A DNA stretch of 64,000 bases from Bacillus subtilis subsp. subtilis str. 168. Lineage in GTDB: Bacteria > Bacillota > Bacilli > Bacillales > Bacillaceae. The position numbers and the translations under genes were made by a program. The stretch is taken from contig NC_000964.3 of assembly GCF_000009045.1 (NCBI RefSeq), positions 3,844,001 through 3,908,000 of the forward strand. The letters are read 5' to 3'. Shown here piece after piece: positions 9,717-18,356 of the stretch. Positions within the stretch are counted from its first letter, which is position 1, and each line of letters begins with the position of its first letter. A model generated the notes under the pieces. The model ran no database searches. It was not told the origin of the DNA and saw only the letters and a list, made by a program, of their open reading frames with translations.

Positions 9717-10136
9717 CTATTGAGCCAGCTTCGCAATAATCGCCAAGAACGTCTTTTTCTCTTCGGCTGTTAAACGTTCAAACATGCCATCAATCAGCTG
9801 CTGGCGGTTTTCGATCATTTGTTCAGCCGCTCCCCGGCCCGATTCAGAAAGAGTAATCCATACAGTGCGGCGGTCATTGTTATTTCTGGATCTCTCAATA
9901 AACCCTTCCTGCTCTAAATGATTCAGAGCTGTGGTCGTGGCAGAGGGAGACAGTGTGACCTCCTTCAAAATATCCTTTATGGTGCAGCTCCCATGTCTGT
10001 ATATGATCCGCAGAATAAACCCTCTTACATTATTCACGTGTTTCGGAACGGTGGCTTCATCTAATTGCTTCGTGCTTTTCAAATACTTTGTAAGTGCGTG
10101 ATCCAGCAAATTTGCTTCCAGTTTGTCATGGTCCAT
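9717..10136 (-). CDS. ywhA: MarR-family transcriptional regulator
   Basis: 139 aa; wHTH with DRRTVWITLSESG; start trimmed to the ATG after RBS GGGGA. Confidence 0.9.
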   Translation of the reverse strand: MDHDKLEANLLDHALTKYLKSTKQLDEATVPKHVNNVRGFILRIIYRHGSCTIKDILKEVTLSPSATTTALNHLEQEGFIERSRNNNDRRTVWITLSESGRGAAEQMIENRQQLIDGMFERLTAEEKKTFLAIIAKLAQ

Positions 10137-10255
10137 GTCAATTTCCCCATTTCGAGATGCATTCATAACATACGAACGATATGATTTACTTATTATTTTA
10201 CTGATTCCGAATAGGGAAAGTCAAAAAAGCAAAATGTGAATTCACAGCTTTTATC

Positions 10256-12172
10256 CTACATGCCTCGATTTTCCACCTGTTTCACAAGTTTATCTTTAAA
10301 AGTTTGGAAAGGAACGTGTTCATTCTGCTGATGTCCGAATCGGCGGACGTTTACCGCATTCTCCTGCTCCTCATGATCTCCAAGCACCAGCACGTACGGA
10401 ATTTTTTGCACCTGCGATTCTCTGATTTTATAGCCGAGCTTCTCATTGCGCTCATCAATGCCGGCTCTTATCCCCGCCTGCTTCAGCTCCGCCTGCACTT
10501 TTCTGCAATAGTCTAAGTGAACGTGCGAAACCGGTATGATTTGAACCTGGATCGGTGCGAGCCAGACTGGAAAAGCCCCACCGTAATGCTCGATCAAAAT
10601 GCCGAAGAAACGGTCGATTGAGCCGAAAACCGCTCTGTGGATGACAACGGGACGAACCTTCTCATTGAGTTCGTTGATATATGTTAAATCAAATTTTTCC
10701 GGCATTTGAAAATCAAGCTGAATTGTCGCGCATTGGTGGCTCCGTTTCAGGGCATCTTTTATATGGAAATCAATTTTCGGCCCGTAAAACGCCCCATCGC
10801 CTTCATTGATCTCATAAGAGAGGCCAAGCTCCTCAAGGACGCGTGCTAAGGCACGTTCCGACGCTTCCCAAAGGCTGTCATCGCCTAATGAATCCTCCGG
10901 GCGAGTCGAAAGCTCAACAGAATACTCGAAACCAAATGTCCGATATACCTCATCAATCAGCCGAATCGCTTCTTTGATCTCACTCTCAATCTGATCCTCC
11001 CGAACGAAAATATGGGCGTCATCCTGACAGAACGTCCGAACGCGAAGCATTCCGTTTAAAGCGCCGCTGTATTCATGGCGGTGCACCTGTCCGAATTCCG
11101 CCATGCGAATCGGCAGATCCCGATAAGAATACAGGCTGTTTTTAAAGATGAGCATGTGGCCGGGGCAATTCATCGGCTTCATTGCGAATCTTGTATCATC
11201 CACTTCTGAAAAGTACATATTGTCGCGATAATGGTCCCAATGGCCTGACTGCTCCCATAACCGCTGATTCATCATAAACGGCGTACGCACCTCATCGTAG
11301 CCGGCATTTGTTTGCAGCTCACGCGAGAAGCGCTCCAGCTCATTGCGGACAATCTGCCCTTTCGGCAAATAAAACGGCATCCCCGGCGCTTCTTCAGAAA
11401 ACATAAACAGCCCTAACTGTTTGCCGAGCTTGCGATGGTCTCGTTTTGCCGCTTCTTCTAGCATATGCAGGTGCGCATCCAAATCTTTTTTCTTTTGAAA
11501 CGCAACCCCGTACACCCGCTGCAGGACTTCATTTTTGCTGTCTCCGCGCCAATAAGCGCCTGATACTCTTGTCAGTTTGAACGCCTTGATCATCCCTGTA
11601 GAAGGAAGATGCGGCCCTCGGCACAGGTCAACGAATTCCCCTTGCTGGTACAGTGTGATATCCTCCCCGCGCGGAATATCCTTTAAAATCTCAAGCTTGA
11701 GCCGCTCGTCTTTTTGTGCAAACAGCTCTTCAGCTTCTTCGTAAGAAACCTCTATACGTTTGATTTCAAGGTTCTCATTTATTATGTTTTTCATTTCTTT
11801 TTCGATGGCCTCTAAGTCTCCTGATGCCAAGCTTTTCCCCAGCTTCATGTCATAGTAGAAGCCGTCTAAAATCACAGGCCCTACCCCCAATGACACTTCG
11901 CCGTACAGCCGTTTTACTGCTTGGGCCAGCACGTGCGCTGTTGTGTGGCGAAGCACCTGCAAGCCTTCTTGTGAATCGAGTGTGACAATCGAAAGCTCAG
12001 CATCCTCCTCCAGCTTGAAACTGAGATCAACAAGCTTGCCGTTGACCTGACCTGCGGCCGCCTTCTTTTGCAGACTGGAACTGATCGAACCAGCCGCTTC
12101 TTTGATTGTGATGCCTTTCGGATATTCCTGGATCTGTCCGTCCGGAAGCTGAATGTGTACATGTTTGCTCAT
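10256..12172 (-). CDS. thrZ: Threonyl-tRNA synthetase 2 (minor ThrRS)
   Basis: 638 aa; TGS domain; editing motifs HTTAH and DLCRGPH; KPMNCPGH; preceded by Thr T-boxes. Confidence 0.97.
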   Translation of the reverse strand: MSKHVHIQLPDGQIQEYPKGITIKEAAGSISSSLQKKAAAGQVNGKLVDLSFKLEEDAELSIVTLDSQEGLQVLRHTTAHVLAQAVKRLYGEVSLGVGPVILDGFYYDMKLGKSLASGDLEAIEKEMKNIINENLEIKRIEVSYEEAEELFAQKDERLKLEILKDIPRGEDITLYQQGEFVDLCRGPHLPSTGMIKAFKLTRVSGAYWRGDSKNEVLQRVYGVAFQKKKDLDAHLHMLEEAAKRDHRKLGKQLGLFMFSEEAPGMPFYLPKGQIVRNELERFSRELQTNAGYDEVRTPFMMNQRLWEQSGHWDHYRDNMYFSEVDDTRFAMKPMNCPGHMLIFKNSLYSYRDLPIRMAEFGQVHRHEYSGALNGMLRVRTFCQDDAHIFVREDQIESEIKEAIRLIDEVYRTFGFEYSVELSTRPEDSLGDDSLWEASERALARVLEELGLSYEINEGDGAFYGPKIDFHIKDALKRSHQCATIQLDFQMPEKFDLTYINELNEKVRPVVIHRAVFGSIDRFFGILIEHYGGAFPVWLAPIQVQIIPVSHVHLDYCRKVQAELKQAGIRAGIDERNEKLGYKIRESQVQKIPYVLVLGDHEEQENAVNVRRFGHQQNEHVPFQTFKDKLVKQVENRGM

Positions 12173-12203
12173 TTTAGAACACTCCTTATTCATTGTTGTA
12201 TAT

Positions 12204-12435
12204 AAAAAAACACACCCGTCCCGCAGATAGGGACGAGTGTGTGATTAACCCGTGGTTCCACCCAAGTTCCCGACAAATACTATGTTGTCGGCTCGGTGCT
12301 GTAACGCAGCATAGACGGCATTGGTTACTTCAGTTCCCCAATGCTGCTCCAAGGCGGTAAATGATATTCCTAAGCTGGGAAGCTCTCACCTTTCCTTCCC
12401 TCTCTGAAAACCGTAACTATCATTCATGTCCTTTT
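12204..12435 (-). ncRNA. Thr T-box riboswitch, gene-proximal copy
   Basis: T-box GGGUGGAACCACGGG; specifier ACC at 12356-12358; terminator with U7 at about 12204-12242; the 5' boundary is approximate. Confidence 0.93.
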
Positions 12436-12456
12436 CATCGCATGTATTCAATTCAT

Positions 12457-12688
12457 AAAAAAACACACCCGTCCCACAGATAGGGACGAGTGTGTGATTA
12501 ACCCGTGGTTCCACCCAAGTTCCCGACAAATACTATGTTGTCGGCTCGGTGCTGTAACGCAGCATAGACGGCATTGGTTACTTCAGTTCCCCAATGCTGC
12601 TCCAAGGCGGTAAATGATATTCCTAAGCTGGGAAGCTCTCACCTTTCCTTCCCTCTCTGAAAACCGTAACTATCATTCATGTCCTTTT
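12457..12688 (-). ncRNA. Thr T-box riboswitch, middle copy
   Basis: Same elements; ACC at 12609-12611; the 5' boundary is approximate. Confidence 0.93.
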
Positions 12689-12711
12689 CTTCGCATGTAT
12701 TCAATTCAAAT

Positions 12712-12945
12712 AAAAAAACACACCCATCCCTCTAAAAGGGACGAATGTGTTGATCATCCGTGGTTCCACCCAAATTCCCGATCAATTACACATGATGATC
12801 GGCTTAAAGATGCTGTAACGCAGCATGACGGTATCAGATACTTGTTTTCCCTGATACGGCTCAAAGGCGGTAAGCTGCTTTCCCTGCGTTAGGAAGATCT
12901 CAGCTGTCCTTCCCTCTCTGGAAACCGTAAAAAGCATCTCGTGTC
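12712..12945 (-). ncRNA. Thr T-box riboswitch, promoter-proximal diverged copy
   Basis: GGGUGGAACCACGG; ACC at 12869-12871; terminator ending in a U tract; the 5' boundary is approximate. Confidence 0.9.
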
Positions 12946-12979
12946 CTTATCAGTGCCTGTTGTTTCAATAATTTTTTAT

Positions 12980-13008
12980 ATCTTACTATATATTCCCACA
13001 AAGCGCAA
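12980..13008 (-). promoter_or_regulatory. Candidate SigA promoter of thrZ
   Basis: TTGCGC-N17-TAAGAT just upstream of the first T-box. Confidence 0.6.
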
Positions 13009-13016
13009 TCAGTGAT

Positions 13017-14417
13017 TTACATTTTTTCTGACGCGGCAGTCCCGTTATGGGCAGCCAGAAACAGCCATACAAGCAATGCAGCGAGGCTGTATGCCGCTCC
13101 CATCATCAAAAACGCAAACCCGGCACCAGCATACCAAGTGGCGGACAGATGAATGATCACCCCGGTTATCGCTACGCCGACCAAGGCTCCGATTTGCCGG
13201 TTTGCATTTAACGCCGCACCGGCGATATTCGTATGTCTTTGCCCGGCAGCCTGCATGATCACAGTTGTCATGGCAGGAACTGTAATACCGGTACAGAGGT
13301 TCATAACAGACATCAACACCGCCAGCTGCCAATAAGGAAAATCCGGAGAAATCAGCACAAACAACAGCAATGCAATGATACAGCTGACCGCCATTGATAC
13401 AAACATAAGCTGACCGGCTTCAAACCGATTCGCCAGACGGGCAAACAGCAGATTGCCGATCACGAAGACCGCCATCATCGGCAGCAGCTCCACTCCAGCC
13501 ATAAAGGAACTTGCCCCTCCTGCTTCCTGCAAAAAAAGGCTGAGCATAAACATGCCGCCAAAAAGGGCGAAATTCAGCAAAAACCCGATAAATTGGGCAG
13601 CTGAGAAGCGGCCGTTTTTGTATAAGGACGCCGGCAGGATGGGTGTTTTTGCAGAAATTTCCCGCAGCAAAAACAGCACAAATGCCAAAACCGCTGCAGT
13701 AAATGCTACAAGAATCACTGGCGAGCGCCAGCCCGCTGAAGGCCCCTGTATCAAAGCATAGGAAAGAAACCCGAGAGCCATCATGCCAAGCAGATGCCCG
13801 ATGATGTTCACGCGGCTGCTTTTCCCAGGAACGCGGCTGAGGATTCGGTAAGCTGAAATGAGCGCAGCAGCCCCTATTGGCACATTGATCAGAAAAATAC
13901 TCTGCCAGCCCGCCAACTGTACCAGCACGCCCCCGATAAAAGGCCCAAGGGCTGAAGCGGCGGAAACAAGCGCGGCCCACAGTCCAAACATTCTCGCCCG
14001 CGCCCGCTCATCAAGGTAAGAGGCAGCCAAAAGGCTGAGTGAGCTTGGCATAAACAAAGCTGCCCCAATTCCCTGTATGAGACGTCCGGCAATCAGCATC
14101 TGCCCATTTATAGATGCAGCGCATAGACAGGAGGCCATAACAAAAACGGCTAGACCCAAGATATAGATCGTCTTCGAGCCGAAACGGTCAGCCAAGGCTC
14201 CGCCCGCCAGCAGAAGCGACGCAAAAGTAAGAATGTACCCGTCCACAACCCACGTTACACCTGAAAGTGACATTGAAAGAGTGTTTTTCATATCAGCCAT
14301 CGCCACATTCACAACGGTCACATCAAGAGTTGCCATGAGGAAACCAAGTGCGAGCACGATCAGCACGGATATGCCTGTTGATGATGTTGATTCTTGTATA
14401 GACCCGCTATTTTTCAT
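13017..14417 (-). CDS. mmr: DHA2 (14-TM) MFS drug efflux pump, methylenomycin A resistance homologue
   Basis: 466 aa; LDVTVVNVA and GGALADRFGSK motifs; TAATG coupling to ywgB. Confidence 0.92.
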   Translation of the reverse strand: MKNSGSIQESTSSTGISVLIVLALGFLMATLDVTVVNVAMADMKNTLSMSLSGVTWVVDGYILTFASLLLAGGALADRFGSKTIYILGLAVFVMASCLCAASINGQMLIAGRLIQGIGAALFMPSSLSLLAASYLDERARARMFGLWAALVSAASALGPFIGGVLVQLAGWQSIFLINVPIGAAALISAYRILSRVPGKSSRVNIIGHLLGMMALGFLSYALIQGPSAGWRSPVILVAFTAAVLAFVLFLLREISAKTPILPASLYKNGRFSAAQFIGFLLNFALFGGMFMLSLFLQEAGGASSFMAGVELLPMMAVFVIGNLLFARLANRFEAGQLMFVSMAVSCIIALLLFVLISPDFPYWQLAVLMSVMNLCTGITVPAMTTVIMQAAGQRHTNIAGAALNANRQIGALVGVAITGVIIHLSATWYAGAGFAFLMMGAAYSLAALLVWLFLAAHNGTAASEKM

Positions 14418-14887
14418 TACAATTGCCCTTTCACTTGCTTGATTACCCAATCATCTATTTTTTCAAGATCATACAATTCCCCGACTCTGTCCATAACATG
14501 CTGCAAGGATTCTTCTCTCATAAGATTGGACCATTTATCCTCGATTTCCGCCATGACTGTCTCCAGCACACAGTGACTTTCACCCTCAAATACAGATTGC
14601 AGCAAGCCTTTCCCCTGATACATCGAACCTCTGCCTTCGACCGCTTGATAAACATCATAAAGCGTAATGTCAGCCAAAGGCTTCGTCAGGGTAAAACCGC
14701 CCTTCGTCCCTGGTAAGGATTCTGCCAAACCGGCTTGAACCAATGTTCTCATCAGCTTCTTCAAGTAAGACGGAGACACGCGCAATCGCTGGCTTATAGC
14801 CTCTGACGTCAAAGAAGCCTGTACCGGCAGCCGTGACAGTAACAGCAGCACAGAAACCGCCTGCTCCATTCCTGATTTCATTTTCAT
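14417..14887 (-). CDS. ywgB: Rrf2-family transcriptional regulator
   Basis: 156 aa; SPSYLKKLMRTLVQAGL and GTKGGFTL...ITLYDVYQAVEG; only one Cys. Confidence 0.9.
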   Translation of the reverse strand: MKMKSGMEQAVSVLLLLSRLPVQASLTSEAISQRLRVSPSYLKKLMRTLVQAGLAESLPGTKGGFTLTKPLADITLYDVYQAVEGRGSMYQGKGLLQSVFEGESHCVLETVMAEIEDKWSNLMREESLQHVMDRVGELYDLEKIDDWVIKQVKGQL

Positions 14888-14900
14888 CCTATTCACTCCT

Positions 14901-14954
14901 GATTCATTATGGATAACTATTATCCATAATGAATCTCTTAGCAGCTTTTGTCAA
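14901..14954 (-). promoter_or_regulatory. ywgB promoter with overlapping palindromic operator
   Basis: GATTCATTATGGATAA-cta-TTATCCATAATGAATC (14901-14935); TTGACA (14949-14954)-N17-CATTAT. Confidence 0.75.
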
Positions 14955-14955
14955 T

Positions 14956-14991
14956 AAAAAAAGCAAAAGAAACGGATCATTTCTTTTGCTT
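14956..14991 (-). terminator. ywfO-ywgA terminator
   Basis: AAGCAAAAGAAA-N7-TTTCTTTTGCTT plus a T tract on the minus strand. Confidence 0.8.
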
Positions 14992-14998
14992 GGTATGG

Positions 14999-15499
14999 TT
15001 AACAAATCTGCTTCAGTTCCTCTATGTATTGAAGCGCTTCGTCATATTCTTCATTTGTATATTTTTGCTTGCTTTTGATGGTAAAGACTTTTTCTTTCTT
15101 TTCCTCATCCTCAAGCCCGTCAAAGTAAAGGATCGTGGAAACCAGCTCTAAAAACCGTGATGAACGGCTGTTTACACTGTCGATATAGCCTTTCATATCC
15201 GGCATGTCCAGATCAGCATGGTCTAAAAATGCGGAGCCTGTCTCAGTCAGCGAATACCGGTATTGAAAGTAGCCGCCCTTTTTTTCCTTCACCTCATGCA
15301 GAAATCCAAGGTTGCACAGCTCTTCAATCTGGAGCGTCAGTTCCTCTGAATATGGTCCGTAAAAGTGAAAATCATATTTCTCATAGAAAGGAAACTGCAT
15401 TTTCTTGGCGATATAAATCATTTTCTGCAGCTTCTTTCGCCCGATGATTTCTCCAGAATCCGAGAACACCTTCATCAGTTTTGCATGTTCTTTCAACAA
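14999..15499 (-). CDS. ywgA: YwgA-family protein; Panacea/SocA-like motifs
   Basis: 166 aa; GRKKLQKMIY and FYGPYSEEL; TTG start. Confidence 0.85.
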   Translation of the reverse strand: MLKEHAKLMKVFSDSGEIIGRKKLQKMIYIAKKMQFPFYEKYDFHFYGPYSEELTLQIEELCNLGFLHEVKEKKGGYFQYRYSLTETGSAFLDHADLDMPDMKGYIDSVNSRSSRFLELVSTILYFDGLEDEEKKEKVFTIKSKQKYTNEEYDEALQYIEELKQIC

Positions 15500-15534
15500 A
15501 TTCCCGACATCTCCTTTTTCCTTCTTTCCAATTT

Positions 15535-16836
15535 CTATGTCAGTCCCAGCAGCTGCCGGATTTTCATTTTCGCTTCCGGATGTTTAGTGCCGTCACAAAT
15601 CAAGTCCTTTGGATAGTACAGCTTGTGGTCCGTCCGCCGTTTACCTGAGATGGATTCCACAATAGCCGACTGTCTGGACAGCTCTTTAATTTGGCCGTTT
15701 TGCGTCAAGAGATGGATCGGCAGACGCTCCTCTTCCTCTCCTGGTCGGTAAAAATCGTATGGCAGATCTGATGAAGAATCAACGACCAAATAATAGCTCG
15801 GATCGATCCCCGCCTCTTTGAACAATGAAGTCAGCTCAAAATAAGCCGACATTTCTTCATTCGGATTGAATTCAACGTATTGGAAAAGCTGGCGGTTAAT
15901 GAATCTGCGGCACAAGTCGGATAAAATCGCGTCTTCTTCATCCTCCCAGGCCTGGAAGTAATACAAAATAATAGATTCATCCAGCTTTACATAATCCTCC
16001 AGTGTCAATTTTCCTTCAAAAATAGAATAGAAATGAACCGGAGCGTGAGTGAAGACATAGCCTTCATCGTGCAGCTGCTTCGCCCTGTGAAGAATCTTCG
16101 TTAAAATGACCTCTGCACTTCTAGTCACAGGATGGAAGTAGACCTGCCAGTACATTTGGTAACGGCTCATGATATAGTCTTCGACAGCGTGCATTCCGCT
16201 TTCTTTAATGACGATCTGATCCTCGCGCGGCCGCATCACCCGAAGAATCCGCTCCATATCAAAATGGCCGTAGCTGACGCCCGTATAATATGCGTCGCGC
16301 TGGAGGTAATCCATGCGGTCTGCGTCAATCTGACTCGAAATCAGGCTGACCACTTGCTTGTTTTTATATGTTTTGGCAATGACTTCAGCAACATCCTGAG
16401 GGAAACCCGGGCTCACCTTTCTGAGCACCTGATTAACCTCCGTGTCTCCCAAAATGATACCTCTTGTAAAATCCTCGTGGTCAAGGTGAAAGACCTTTTC
16501 AAATGAATGCGAGAACGGCCCGTGCCCGAGGTCATGAAGCAGCGCCGCGGCCAAACAGAGTTCGCGCTCACTGTCATCCCATTCAGGGCGGCCTTTAAAG
16601 ACGTCATCAACCATTCTTCTGACAATTTCATAGACACCGAGAGAATGGTTGAACCGGCTGTGCTCAGCCCCATGGAACGTCAAATAGGTCGTTCCGAGCT
16701 GCTTAATTCTGCGGAGACGCTGAAATTCACGGGTTCCGATCAAATCCCATATCAGCTTGTCCCGAACATGAACATAGCGGTGCACCGGATCTTTAAACAC
16801 TTTTTCTTCTGATAATTTTCCATTTGGATACGCCAT
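15535..16836 (-). CDS. ywfO: HD-domain phosphohydrolase, SAMHD1/EF1143-like dNTP triphosphohydrolase family
   Basis: 433 aa; RRIKQLG, HSRFNHSLGV, HDLGHGPFSHSFE and DADRMDYLQRD motifs. Confidence 0.92.
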   Translation of the reverse strand: MAYPNGKLSEEKVFKDPVHRYVHVRDKLIWDLIGTREFQRLRRIKQLGTTYLTFHGAEHSRFNHSLGVYEIVRRMVDDVFKGRPEWDDSERELCLAAALLHDLGHGPFSHSFEKVFHLDHEDFTRGIILGDTEVNQVLRKVSPGFPQDVAEVIAKTYKNKQVVSLISSQIDADRMDYLQRDAYYTGVSYGHFDMERILRVMRPREDQIVIKESGMHAVEDYIMSRYQMYWQVYFHPVTRSAEVILTKILHRAKQLHDEGYVFTHAPVHFYSIFEGKLTLEDYVKLDESIILYYFQAWEDEEDAILSDLCRRFINRQLFQYVEFNPNEEMSAYFELTSLFKEAGIDPSYYLVVDSSSDLPYDFYRPGEEEERLPIHLLTQNGQIKELSRQSAIVESISGKRRTDHKLYYPKDLICDGTKHPEAKMKIRQLLGLT

Positions 16837-16954
16837 CGTCATTCCCTCTTTTTTTTAGCCGTGTTTCTATTATATCGACTCTATTCTTTGAAAACATCCT
16901 TGAATTTGCCCGGCGATTTGTTCCATCTTCATGAAAAACACATCTTGTGAAGCA

Positions 16955-16983
16955 AAAAAGCCTGACCTGAGGGCCGAGGCTAA
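16955..16983 (-). terminator. Probable ywzC terminator
   Basis: Minus strand AGCCTcGGCC-ctca-GGTCAGGCT-TTTTT. Confidence 0.6.
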
Positions 16984-16997
16984 GAAAAAATATGTTT

Positions 16998-17222
16998 TTA
17001 CTTTTTTATTTTCTTTTTTACTTTGTCAATCAGCTCATCCTCTGTCGGAGCTGACAGCGGGCGATTGTTCACAAAAGCAAATGATTTTTTCCGTCCGGGC
17101 CCGCAATAAGATTGGCATCCTACCTCAACCTTTGCGTCCGGGTCCACTTCTTTCAAACGCGGCAGCAATGTTTTGATATTAGTGGCTTGGCAATCATCAC
17201 ACACTCGAAATTCATTAGCCAT
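16998..17222 (-). CDS. ywzC: DUF1450/YuzB-like small protein with four Cys
   Basis: 74 aa; CDDC and CQSYCGPG; RBS AAGGGAAG. Confidence 0.85.
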   Translation of the reverse strand: MANEFRVCDDCQATNIKTLLPRLKEVDPDAKVEVGCQSYCGPGRKKSFAFVNNRPLSAPTEDELIDKVKKKIKK

Positions 17223-17303
17223 GACGTACGCTTCCCTTCATTTCTATGTTCATCTATGTGAATAACCTAAAATCACGTTTCAAAAAAAATCACATCACAC
17301 TTC

Positions 17304-17332
17304 ATTTTACAAGGATTCGACTGTTCCTGCAA
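17304..17332 (-). promoter_or_regulatory. SigA promoter of ywzC
   Basis: TTGCAG-N17-TAAAAT. Confidence 0.6.
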
Positions 17333-17373
17333 GCCGCTCCATCCTTCGTATCTCCTATTCTTTCAGCCAATTT

Positions 17374-17403
17374 GTATAAATATTTTCCAACCTGGACATT
17401 CTA
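17374..17403 (+). promoter_or_regulatory. SigF/SigG-type promoter of rsfA
   Basis: GTATA-N15-GGACATTCTA matches GYATA-N15-GGnnAnAnTA with one mismatch; rsfA is forespore-expressed. Confidence 0.7.
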
Positions 17404-17436
17404 ATACCATGAAAAGAAAAATGGGAGTTGAGATAA

Positions 17437-18213
17437 ATGACAAAACAGCGACAAGACGCTTGGTCAGAGGAAAACGATCTGCTTTTAGCCGAAACAGTGC
17501 TTCGGCATGTGAGGGAGGGCAGCACTCAGCTGAACGCCTTTGAAGAAGTCGGCGATAAATTAAACCGGACATCCGCAGCCTGCGGATTCAGATGGAACGC
17601 AGTGGTCCGCCATCAATATGAAAAAGCGCTTCAGCTTGCGAAGAAACAACGAAAACAGCGGATGAGAGCGCTCGGAAACGGGCAGCCCGCGAAAAAAAGA
17701 TTATTATATCAGCCTCCTGCCGTTGATCCTGAAATCATTCAAGAAACCGCTGCAGAAGAGCCGGTTAAAACGGAAACACCATCTGTCGAAAATGAGCAAC
17801 CTTTAATGTCTGGCGAACACATGCCTTTTGTTGATGAAAGCTTTAAGGAAGAGTTAGCTAGTCTATCACACTTATTGTCTCCTCAAACGCCTGCAGCTGC
17901 GCCTGAGATGACGATGAATGATGTGATCCGCTTCCTGCAGAATTACGAAGGCAATCACGAGCAATCATCAGCATTAAAAATGGAAAACGAGCGTTTAAAG
18001 AAAGAAAATCAGGAATTGCAAAACAAAACAGAGCAGCTAGAGGCAGAAGTTCAAAAGCTTGAAAAAGACCAAAAAACGATCCAAGAAGATTATGAAACCT
18101 TGGTGAAAATTATGAACAGAGCCAGAAAGCTAGTTTTATTTGAAGAAGATGAACATGCCTCTCCGTCCTTCAAAATGGACCGGAACGGCAATTTAGAAAA
18201 ATTAGCGGAATGA
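17437..18213 (+). CDS. rsfA: Prespore-specific transcriptional regulator RsfA
   Basis: 258 aa; [20 protein letters not shown] and [11 protein letters not shown]; C-terminal coiled coil. Confidence 0.95.
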
Positions 18214-18217
18214 CATA

Positions 18218-18254
18218 GAAAAATCCCAAAACGGGCAGCTGTTTTGGGATTTTC
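18218..18254. terminator. Terminator between convergent rsfA and ywfM
   Basis: AAAATCCCAAAAC-N8-GTTTTGGGATTTT. Confidence 0.8.
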
Positions 18255-18356
18255 GCCATGTGCAAAATCCCCTTTTCTATTGAGAAAAGAGAATTTCCTC
18301 ATTTTGCAGCCGGATCAGCTATTCTTGTAAAATGAGGCCAAGCTTATGTGAATCTA

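Larger units (their letters stand above)
12202..12707. repeat. 253-bp tandem direct repeat, 2 copies (12202-12454 and 12455-12707)
   Basis: Manual alignment shows only two substitutions (cccGcag/cccAcag and tttcAtcg/tttcTtcg). Confidence 0.95.

Noticed and set aside
10235-10246. Palindrome TGTGAATTCACA between thrZ and ywhA
   Set aside because: Lacks the 6-nt Fnr/Crp spacer; it may be part of a weak terminator or a YwhA site, but neither can be supported
12614-12892. 92-aa + strand ORF over the thrZ leader
   Set aside because: Antisense to T-box elements, which fully explain the sequence
12202-12945. Repeated blocks considered as a CRISPR array or mobile element
   Set aside because: The units are about 253 bp with no unique spacers, no cas or transposase gene is present, and each unit is a complete T-box
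13420-13980. 186-aa out-of-frame ORF inside mmr, and similar nested or antisense ORFs (for example 32399-32956, 50470-50979, 28971-29468, 62499-62936)
   Set aside because: They overlap well-supported genes, show no domain signatures, and are expected by chance
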